NCBI GenBank assembly: GCA_965644295.1
Contig: CBFFRP010000430.1
Coordinates: 231,729 to 295,728, forward strand
Direction: 5' to 3'
DNA: 64,000 nt
Source of the DNA: Paraphysomonas bandaiensis
Lineage: Eukaryota > Protista > Chrysophyceae
The notes under the pieces are model-generated. The model made no database searches. It was not told the origin of the DNA and was given only the letters and a program-made list of their open reading frames with translations. Made by a program: the position numbers and the translations under genes. Below are positions 24,405 to 35,202 of this stretch, piece by piece; position 1 is the stretch's first letter; each line of letters begins with the position of its first letter.

Positions 24405-24535
24405 TAGGGATAGTAATGTAAAACAATATAGTGCAATACTATTGTTATATAGCGTTCCATCAATAATAGTGGTGGAGTTTTTCAACTGACCCAACAATAC
24501 AATTGCATTCAATAATATATTGCTCCCTAGCCCTG
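24405..24535. mobile_element. Short derivative of the hAT element at 60286-60950
   Basis: Shares AACAATAT...CAATACTATTGTTA.ATAGCGTTCCAT and the TATATTG.TCCCTA.CCCTG end. Confidence 0.6.
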
Positions 24536-24806
24536 ATGTAAAGAGGTTTCTGTTCCTTAGTCTAGGTGTTTGCATATCTCAATCTATGTAGCGCATTCTG
24601 ATACTTACCCTAAGTCGTATATGTATACTCTACGCGCAATTGATATACATAATGTTCCACATATTTAATAATAATTAAACCATATATATAATATATATGA
24701 CTAATATAACGAGTCGGTAGAAGTTTACTAGTAAGTTGGAAATACACCCTAACAAATGAACACGGTATAAAGGATCTTCAAATAAATTTTACGTAATTGA
24801 TATCGC

Positions 24807-26709
24807 TTAAGCAAGAATGGTCTGATATTCACATCTGGTGCCATAGTAACCGTGGAAGCAAGTACATGTGCCATCCGTATAGTCGCAGAGACCACGACCA
24901 GAGCAATCACGACCAGCTTCGTTACCATATCCCTTCAGAACATCCGCTCCAGACGGGCACTCCACTGAGCCCAACAAATTAGAAATATACTATATAATAT
25001 CACAACAACCATATACAATACTTACCAAGTGAACAATCCGGTCCACGACGGCCGAGATCGCAAATACATCCGACGTGCTTCTCAGCATCCCAAGGAGTGG
25101 TGTAAAGCCTTCCAGCCTCAGCAGCCAGTTGAAGCTGAGTGAAACAAACACCAGCATCGCTGCAAGAGTTAGGACAAACGGTCCTCTCGCAGGCAATACC
25201 TTCGTAGTTCTCGAAACAAGAACACTCACCAGTGGATCGACCACAAATACCCTTATTAGAGCATTCAACCACGGGGTGGGCATCGTTTGCCCCCTTGACA
25301 GTGCCAATCCAAGCTGTAGACTTGGGGCATGTGCGACCAGAGCAGTCAGCAAAAGTCCATGCGGGCTCGCCATCTATTCTAGCATAGCATGTGCACTTAC
25401 CATAGGATCCACAAGTACCGTGACCACTGCACCCATTGGGGCAATAGGCAGTAATGACGCTGTGTTGAGGGATAGAATACGATGGCGCCCTGTAGCCAAA
25501 TAGCATAGGCTGCGAATTAGGAACAGAAGTGGGATTCGATGTAGGAATTGCAGTGGGGATTGAGGTGGCCGGTTGCAAAGTGGGATTCGATGTGGGATTT
25601 GAAGAAGGGATTGACGTGGTCGGTTGCAAAGTGGGATTCGATGTGGGATTTGAAGAAGGGATTGACGTGGTCGGTTGCAAAGTGGGATTCGATGTGGGAT
25701 TAGAAGAAGGGATTGACGTGGTCGGTTGCAAAGTGGGAATCGATGTGGGAATTGAAGAGGGGATTGACGTGGTCGGCTGCATTGTAGGATTCGGCAAAAC
25801 GTTAATAATCTGCAATCCTGAAGTACCATCGGTAACATACGCCACATCATTCACCACATACACCCCATGCGCATAATTAGGTGTATCGTAAGAACGCAAT
25901 AGCAATGGGTTGGTCGAATCACTCACGTCAATAATCAGCAGTCCTGAAGTACCATCGGCAACATACGCCACATCATCCACCACATACACCAAACGGGCAA
26001 TATCAGGTGTATCGTAAGAACCCAATAGCACTGGACTGGCCGAATCACTCACGTCAATAATCTGCAATCCTGAAGTATCATCGGTAACATACGCCACATC
26101 ATTCACCACATACACCAAACGGGCAATACCAGGTGTGTCGTAAGAACCCAATAGCACTGGGCTGGCCGAATCACTCACATCAATAATCTGCAATCCTGAA
26201 GTATAATCGGTAACATACGCCACATCATTCACCACATACACCCCAATGGCACGACCAGGTGTATTGTAAGAACCCAATAGCACTGGACTGGTCGAATCAC
26301 TCACGTCAATAATCTGCAATCCTGAAGTATCATCGGAAACATACGCCACATCATTCACCACATACACCACACGGGCAATACCAGGTGTGTCGTAAGAACC
26401 CAATAGCACTGGGCTGGCCGAATCACTCACATCAATAATCTGCAATCCTGATAAATAATCTGCAACATACGCCACATCATTCACAACATACACCCCAAAG
26501 GCACGACCGGATGTAACGTAAGAACCCAATAGCAATGGGCTGGTCGAATCACTCACGTCAATAATCAGCAATCCTGAATTATCGTCGGCAACATACACCA
26601 CATCGTTCACCACATACACCCCACGGGCAATATCAGGTGTATCGTAAGAACCTAGAAGGCTCTGGCCTGCCGTGGCTAGTACGTGTATTGCAATAATGAT
26701 AAGATACAT
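24807..26709 (-). CDS. Secreted chimera: 7 LVIVD repeats, PT-rich stalk, Sig/mastigoneme-type EGF module
   Basis: Signal peptide; seven 42-aa GL.IIDVSD repeats; [10 protein letters not shown] repeats; CPNGCSGHG...ECSNKG...YEGIACER...PWDA.K..GC.CD. Intron 24965-25025 leads to last exon [25 protein letters not shown]...YQTILA*. Confidence 0.88.
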
Positions 26710-27124
26710 GTCTATCTATGATTTCCTTAACCGTTTGTCTGGAACCCCAACAGACAGGTTCGGGTTAACGTAGAGTCCAAACAATGCCCGAGTATGAAAA
26801 TCTATGAGTGATGGAGAAATATGAACAGAGGATTATGAAATCTAAAGATAGATTTAAGGTGTTTGCTTCTTGCTTGCTCTGCACCACAGCAGCCGACAGG
26901 GTTTGCATGGCTGCTTGTCCTCTAAAACGTTTTGAGTAGTCCTCGTAGTGTTTTTTCATCATTTTTATTATGGAAAAATGGTGAAATATGCAAAAAATCC
27001 GGAAATTTGAAACAAGTGACACTATTCCACTGTTCTGATTGGTTAGAAACGGTCCACTAGTAAGAATATGTAGAGATATATGGACGATAATACCACTGTA
27101 TCTTCATGATCAAGTACAGAGTGC

Positions 27125-27483
27125 ATACATACATACAATCATACATACATACATACATACATACATACATACATACATACATACATACATACATACATAC
27201 ATACATACATACATACATACATACATACATACATACATACATACATACATACATACATACATACATACATACATACATACATACATACATACATACATAC
27301 ATACATACATACATACATACATACATACATACATACATACATACATACATACATACATACATACATACATACATACATACATACATACATACATACATAC
27401 ATACATACATACATACATACATGCATACATACATACATACATACATACATACATACCTACCTACCTACCTACCTACCTACCTA
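27125..27483. repeat. (CATA)n microsatellite ending in (CCTA)n
   Basis: Direct inspection. Confidence 0.97.
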
Positions 27484-27846
27484 CTACAGGGATATCAGTG
27501 CACGCTGAGGTTTCGCAGTGGATTGTTTAGGATATTTGTGGCATGGATATCCACAATTGATGAAAGTAATCGTATCATCGTATCAGATGTAGTATTGCTG
27601 CATTTGATTCAATTCATAGTTATAATGGTATGTAACCCTCTCCGATGATGGTGTCTGTCCTTCTTATTGCTTCTGTTAGGCTGATGGATTCCGCTACAAC
27701 GATGCCCATATTGGTGCAGACGTGTTGGATGCTTTTCTTTGGAATGCTGTGACTGGAGACCTTCGTGAGGTACCTATAAAAATTTATTCGCTGTTAATGA
27801 TGAATAATCCATGAGTCGTTATACTTACCAATGAACCTCATTTCTA

Positions 27847-28803
27847 CACTCATGATGCTGTAAGACTGATGACACACTCATGATGATGCTGTAAGACTGA
27901 TGACACACTCATGATGCTGTAAGACTGATGACACACTCATGATGATGCTGTAAGACTGATGACACACTCATGATGCTGTAAGACTGATGACACACTCATG
28001 ATGATGCTGTAAGACTGATGACACACTCATGATGCTGTAAGACTGATGACACACTCATGATGCTGTAAGACTGATGACACACTCATGATGCTGTAAGACT
28101 GATGACACACTCATGATGCTGTAAGACTGATGACACACTCATGATGCTGTAAGACTGATGACACACTCATGATGATGCTGTAAGACTGATGACACACTCA
28201 TGATGCTGTAAGACTGATGACACACTCATGATGCTGTAAGACTGATGACACACTCATGATGATGCTGTAAGACTGATGACACACTCATGATGCTGTAAGA
28301 CTGATGACACACTCATGATGCTGTAAGACTGATGACACACTCATGATGCTGTAAGACTGATGACACATGATGCTGTAAGACTGATGACACACTCATGATG
28401 CTGTAAGACTGATGACACACTCATGATGCTGTAAGACTGATGACACACTCATGATGATGCTGTAAGACTGATGACACACTCATGATGCTGTAAGACTGAT
28501 GACACACTCATGATGCTGTAAGACTGATGACACACTCATGATGATGCTGTAAGACTGATGACACACTCATGATGCTGTAAGACTGATGACACACTCATGA
28601 TGCTGTAAGACTGATGACACACTCATGATGCTGTAAGACTGATGACACACTCATGATGCTGTAAGACTGATGACACACTCATGATGATGCTGTAAGACTG
28701 ATGACACACTCATGATGTTGTAAGACTGATGACACACTCATGATGCTGTAAGACTGATGACACACTCATGATGCTGTAAGACTGATGACACACTCATGAT
28801 GCT
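27847..28803. repeat. Minisatellite of 28-bp and 31-bp units (ACACACTCATGAT[GAT]GCTGTAAGACTGATG), roughly 33 copies
   Basis: Contiguous near-identical tandem units with no unique spacers. Confidence 0.97.
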
Positions 28804-29274
28804 GATGTTCTGATGCTGCTCTACAGTCCACTTCAATGATGCTGCTTTTAGAAGTTTGTTCCCTGAAAACCTCCTTTTTTTTCCGTTGGACTAAAAATAG
28901 GGAGATTTATGCACCCCTGAAAGCCAATGCAGCAATCGAAGTCATTCATTCAGTGAAGGAATGAAGGAAAGTGAGCGCCATCACTCCCAGCATATGAAGA
29001 TCTCAAGATGTCCTGCGGATCATAGAGTGAGTTATGCCCACAGCTTCATGGACCCTCCTCCCCATAACACTCACAGGGACCCATCGCTATATACATACAT
29101 GCTACAGATAGGCTAGATAGACATACACGTACATCTGTGTTATGTAGATATGTATATATGAGCTTATTGTTATGTTCGAGTGTTTGTTGTGATGCTCTGT
29201 AAGCCACTAATATATTGTGTGGTGTGAGATGGTATCTTAGACAGTCACAGTGTGTAATCAATGGATATAGGAAC

Positions 29275-29395
29275 GACTAGGTTGAATACCAAAGTTGACT
29301 AGGTTGAGTCATTTATTACTTTGACTAGGTTATTCCACCGAAAATAGCGTGACTAGGTAATTCAACCAATTTGACTAGGTTGAATAATATTTCCC
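29275..29395. repeat. GACTAGG-repeat transposon-end-like segment
   Basis: Five GACTAGG motifs, ending AATATTTCCC as at 60208. Confidence 0.6.
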
Positions 29396-29424
29396 AAACA
29401 GCACGGCTGAATTTTAAATAAAAC

Positions 29425-29772
29425 TGTTGTCATTTAGAACGTCAACATTAAACTGTGCAGACAGATGTGCAGTAAGCAGGGCTGCGCATCAATTAATTGT
29501 CCATTACTGAATTTGCAATAATTGAAATTGAAACAGCAAGTAACAATTGCAATTATAATTGACTACAACCTGCGTCAATTAATTGACAAGTGATACGCAG
29601 CCCTGGCAGTAAGGAGTCCAATAAGTTGTGATGCCTTACTATTACTATTCACTTTTGACTGCTATAGATACAGAGTGGCAAAACGATGAGGAATGGATTT
29701 AATAACATCATATATTAATTGTTTATAAACAGATATGTGACATGTAGTCCCAACCAGGTAGAGAATACAATA
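29425..29772 (+). repeat. Left copy of ~340-bp direct repeat, containing hAT MITE 29477-29605 (TSD GCAGTAAG)
   Basis: Aligns with 36974-37308 apart from a few substitutions and a 12-bp indel. Confidence 0.92.
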
Positions 29773-30281
29773 CAATACCTCTCAGACCACACGCCTAACA
29801 ATATGTACACTCAGAACATTACTACAGAACCCTGTACCACCACACAGCCCGGTGGAATCTCATCCCAAGGGGAGACCCCCTGTTCACATCTGCCAGTGAG
29901 TCCTAGGGCACACGACCACGGCGAACCTCACAATCAACATTAAGAACGGAAGTGGTCGCACCTTCTTGGTGCTTGCGGCGACGTACAAGCAGCTTCTGTA
30001 GCGCTAAATAGTAGGATAATAGAGTCTGTGCTGATTAGCTATAGGTAGAGGTCTAAATAGTCTTTCTGGCATTCAACAAGCCACTACATTGGTGCAGATT
30101 TTTAACGCCTATTGCTAAATAATATAATAATAAATAATAAGACTCTCAATATATCAACATTTAAATAGTAATTAACTTTAACATAGATGTATTCAAATAA
30201 GTACTCATATGACACTTTTCCACATATGAAACTTATTGAAATCACTTTGCCAGATTTCACGATATTAAAAAAGCAAGATGA

Positions 30282-31098
30282 TTAAGTAGCTGAGCTACCC
30301 GAGTCTTTAAAGTGTCGAATGGACTTTACCAGGATATCAAGTTCAGCACCGGTGTATATTACGAACTCGCGCTCCGAGTAATATAGTTTTTTCTTCTCAT
30401 GTTCTCGGTAAAACTCTTCTTCTGTTTTGTTTTTCTCTTTACAAATCAAATTCTTCGCGTGTTTTGCTATCTTTCGTCTTTTATCATCTCCTATTGGAAA
30501 TTCATCTTTGTATCCGTACACTATGATAACTTCATGAAGTGTAGCACTGTCAAAACAGTGGTCAATCTCATAATCAGTAACTTCTTCGGTATTGTCAGGA
30601 GAAGATTTCCTTCGTTTTTCAGCCATAATTGATATCGTATATTTAGTCAAAGCAATTATCAGTCCATCGACTGTTTTAGTAGGGCTCATCCTCGTAATAC
30701 TGAACATTTCCTCATCAAGTGAGAAACTCAATGATTCGGAAAAAGCAAGATGATTAAGTAGTTCAACAACCCGATTTTCTTTATCACTTTTAATTGTTTC
30801 ATTACCATCATGTGATTGCTTCATACGTGCTGTCGCATTTGGATTCAGGATAGTGATCATATCTTTAGAATATCCTTTTTCACGATAAGGAATACATGTA
30901 ACATCAGGATTACACTCATGAGTTTGAAAAATATCTTGTATGGTTACTGCTTTCCCTCCATCTTTTATTTTTTTAATTAGATTTGATATTTTTTCCCTTG
31001 TAATATCCGTGTATTCATATTGACGCTTTGGCTGTATATACAGTATAGTACTATAAGATTAAGAGTCGTGTATGTTAATCAGAGAATACACTTACCAT
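30282..31098 (-). CDS. Orphan lysine-rich protein (~250 aa), divergent from the NTase gene
   Basis: ATG-only first exon (31096-31098) and intron 31032-31095 (GTAAGT...CAG) extend the 192-aa ORF in frame (M|PKRQYEYTDITREK...). Confidence 0.65.
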
Positions 31099-31240
31099 TC
31101 TGTTGACTTTCTGTAAGATATACAGTGTAGATATAGTGTTCCTTCAGTGATATCCTGCTATATAGATTGAGTTATTATGACTATAGATATATATGTATGT
31201 GACTATATATATATATGCCTGTATGCCTGTATGCCTGTAT

Positions 31241-31610
31241 TCGTATATATTTGTTCAAAGATGTCTCTAATATTGAGACAATAATTATCTCTATTGTAGC
31301 CGTAGTTGTATATCAGTAATACGGAGTAATTTTGCTTCAAAGATTTCCCGAATACGGCCTGTATGATTATGCTGGACCATAGCAGGCTCTACAGTAGACC
31401 GCGTATACACTACACAGCAGTAGGAATTCCTGTATATATCTGGATAGTTCCAAGAAATTCCTAGTTCTTTCAGCATCTTATTTTTCGGAAATATACTGAA
31501 GCAAATATCAATTATATTACTGCAATATAACTACGGCTAGAATACACATAATTATTGTCTCAATATTAGAGGCACCTTTGAACAAAAAATATATGAAGGA
31601 TGCCAATATG
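31241..31610. repeat. ~150-bp dispersed element, copies E (-, ~31241-31353) and F (+, 31471-31610)
   Basis: Same core as copies A-D; inverted pair in the divergent promoter. Confidence 0.82.
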
Positions 31611-31785
31611 CGAAATAGTCCAAACCCTGGACAAAAACAATCAGTATCCACCACTGTATCATACAGTACCATATAGATAGATATACACACTACATACCAC
31701 ACACATAGCTATATAGCAGCATTTCAGTGGCAATTACAGTAAGCACAAGAGTTCATTCATCTACTTCACACTGTTATTTACAAGT

Positions 31786-33382
31786 ATGGTTGAATATGAT
31801 ATACCAGAACATCTCATGAATAATAAAACACTTCATGGACAATTCGAACGTTTTATTAACACGAAATCATCATCAATCGATGAGAAAATCATCCACAGGG
31901 TCATGGATATTGTAACCGAAGTGGTTCATACGCACAAGACCAATGCGAGATATGCTGGAAGTTATTATAAAGGGACATATGTGGGGCTCTATTCTGACGT
32001 TGATATCGTGGTGGCAATTCCTGTGGACGAGAATAATCCTAATCCTGTGACAAAGAAGCAACGTATTCCTGTGACAAGGAAGCAATGTAAGAAAATCGCG
32101 AACGAGGTAAGGGAAAAATTGAACGAAGATGGATTGAAAGTTAAGCGAATGATGTACCACCGAGTGTCGGTACAGTTTGACCTTGACAGTATTTCGTTTG
32201 ATCTGGTGTTTGATGTGCCACCCGTAGAAAAAATTGATCCTAGCACTGCACGTGCTATCCGAGCCCTGAAATTTTTATCCAGGGAGGTAGTAATAAATTA
32301 TAAATCACTAATTCATTACTGTATATATAGAATCCAGTAATATTTCCTCGTGTAAGTGGTTTTGAGCTGGAAAACTTTGTCGTGGAAGTGGAGAAAGAAT
32401 TGAATAAGAGCGAAAGGTCCACAGACACAAGTGGATTTATTCTGTTTCTAAAATGCCTGAAAGTACTTGCCAAAGAAGAATGCAAAATTAAATGTGATTG
32501 GAGTAGCGGTGCTGCCAACATACTACATTTTATTAAGCAGACGGATTTGACCAAAGAAGATTGTTTGCTAAGTAAGTTTTGAGATCAGTCAACTACTTTC
32601 ACTAATATTTACAAGTGTTGTCGACTATGTTATACCAAGCAATGTGCCTCACGAATTATAAAAGAGTCCACGGACAGTTCGAACATTACGTTAACTCGAG
32701 AGCATCATTAATCGATGAGAATATCATACACAGGGTCATGGGTAGTGTGAACAAAGTGGTTCATAAGCATAAGACCAATGCGGGATATGCAGGAAGCTAT
32801 CGTAAAGGGACATATGTGGGTCGCTATTCTGACGTTGATATCGTGGTAGGTATTCCTGTGACAAAGAAGCAACGTAAGAAAATCGCGAATGAAGTAAGGG
32901 AAAAATTGAACCAAGGTGGATTGAAAGTTAAGCAAATGATGTACAAACCAGTGGCGGTACTGTTTGACCTTGACAGTATTTCGTTTGATCTGGTGTTTGA
33001 TGTGCCACCCGTAGAAAAAATTGATCCTAGCACTGCACGTGCTATCCGAGCCCTGAAACTTTTATCCAGAGAGGTAATTTTGAATAAAAAATAATTTATT
33101 TCATTACTATATCTATAGAATCCAGAACGATTTCCTCGTATAAGTGGTATAAAGCTGGAAAACTTTGTTTTGGGAGTGAAAACAACATCGGGTTCCACAG
33201 ATACAAGCGGTTTTATTCTTTTTCTAATATGCTTGGCACAACTTGCGGGAAAATGTAGATTTGAAGTATCAAAGGACAAGAAACGCACTTGGAGAATTAG
33301 TGTAGCCGAAACTCTAAAGATTATAAAGACGATGGATTGGACCAACAAAGAGGTTTGTTTCGAGAAACTATTCAAGCGCTAA
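31786..33382 (+). CDS. Tandem two-domain OAS/CD-NTase (SMODS)-like nucleotidyltransferase
   Basis: Each unit has GSY.KGTYVG.YSDVDIVV, FDLV, RAIRALK and SG(FE/IK)LE. Predicted exons 31786-32286, 32331-32571, 32616-33073, 33119-33382 total 1464 nt, i.e. 487 aa. Alternatively two separate genes. Confidence 0.85.
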
Positions 33383-33854
33383 GAACACAGATGTAAAGCG
33401 ATTCTTCCTCTTTAAAATTCCCGAAAGGAACACTTATCATGGTTTTGTGGCTACTGGACTTTTACTGAAATGTATAGGCAATAATGTTAGAGTTGAAAGA
33501 GTGACCCTTGGAGTACTCAGTACTCAATATTAAATTGATTGCTATTGTGATACTTTTCTCACCTTTCCTTTCAACTTGCTGTACTGATTAGCTTCCATAG
33601 AGTTAAACAAAACTTAACGTTACCTCATTAACGTCTATCATCTACTAATAATCTAATATCTAACACCTTCTTTGACCTTAATAATGTAGAATTCAAGAAC
33701 AATAAAAAACTATAAAAGTATTTGGAGAAGTGGTGCTGTCGGCCAGGGCCTGATAACCATTAACGGGTTATTAATTGTAATGCCATTATAATCACCGGGA
33801 ATTGGGCATCTATTAACGGAATTTTATGGTACCTGATATCCTGATATATGCTAT

Positions 33855-33982
33855 AAAGAATTAAGTGGTTTTAAGATATAGAATCTCCTCTATTCTAGGA
33901 AGTGTCGACACACTAGATGTTATTAAGCAGATGGATATGACCGAAGAAAATTATTTCCAATCATTGTTTAAATGTTGTTAAA
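33855..33982 (+). pseudogene. Relic of a third NTase unit (C-terminal part)
   Basis: TAAGTGGTTTTAAG and TLDVIKQMDMTEENYFQSLFK match the unit ends ILHFIKQTDLTKEDC and TLKIIKTMDWTNKEVCFEKLFK. Confidence 0.6.
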
Positions 33983-35202
33983 AAGTGCGCAGATTTTTCT
34001 GCTTTGACATTCCTGAAAGGAACATATATAAATGTATGGTTTCTATACTTTTCGTGAAGTATTGGGTTGTAATATTGAAATATATATTCAATGATATTAT
34101 TATTGACAATCATAGAACTGCTACAATTCTGCTGTGCGTTCCACCCTATACGTGATAACACTAGCTACTTTCCTGTCTGGGTTGACTTTTGTCCGACAAG
34201 AAATTTGTAATTGTGCATGTGTGATGAATATGCAATACACATAAGTTACTGGTTCAAGATAATGGCACTTTCGCAATTATGACCGATCCTACTTGGTAAG
34301 TATGCTGGAGCAAAGTTTGTATAAGTATTATTACTACTAGGTTTTGGTGGTGTATTCATAAGCGCGATAACATAGTTCAAAGTATATACACCACAAAAGC
34401 GATTAAAATACAGAATCCGAACAGACTACCCACAAGTATAATTGACACAACTACAAAAAGAGTAACATTGAAACATATTTACCTCAGCGTTGAGAACTTT
34501 TTGGCCGTCTGATCAACTTCAGTATAACACTCCGGAGTAGAGGACCCTATTCGACAAATTGAATGCTCCAAAAGATTAGAAAGAAAGTAAAACATAGATA
34601 TCAAACAGTGTGTAACTATATATTCTCATATAGTTATTAGATTACATCCAGTTATTAGTGTTATCTCTATAGGGATATGTATGTATGTATATGTATATAT
34701 GGAGGATAGCTATATCAGAGACTCATATCATCACCTGTAGGGTGATTGAATTAAATCAATGGAATGAAAATGATAGACAATATATGGTTAACTGACATAT
34801 ATGTCTAGATGTTTGATTAGATATGAGACTGCTGTATGTGTGTGTGTGTATGCCTTATATCTAGATATCACTCATTACGGCACGAGTATAGAAGAGTTGT
34901 GTAAACTCATATGATATCTCAAAAAATACATAGTTTTATCAGAAAATAGTGGATTTTCATAAATACAATGTTAAAACCACCCCAAATCATTAAATTTCAG
35001 CATATTGGCATCTAAAATATAAAATATCATATTTTTAGTATTTGTTCTAAATGTCTTGCATTTTAGGGATATACTCTACACCGAAAGGGAATAAAGATAC
35101 TGCCTTTCCTGCTTCTAAAAATTTAGAATATCTAAGATTTCTCTACAACTTCAACACATCTATACATTTCATACTCACAATTCAGAGAACATACAGACGA
35201 CC

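Noticed and set aside
27490-27835. Possible exon fragments of a + strand gene
   Set aside because: Splice-like signals are present, but I could not assemble a coherent reading frame or recognise a product.
27847-28803. CRISPR-like array
   Set aside because: Units are contiguous with no unique spacers, there are no cas genes, and the context is eukaryotic; it is a minisatellite.
31786-33382. Contaminating bacterial CBASS operon
   Set aside because: The NTase units have spliceosomal introns of host size, host repeats upstream and no operonic effector.
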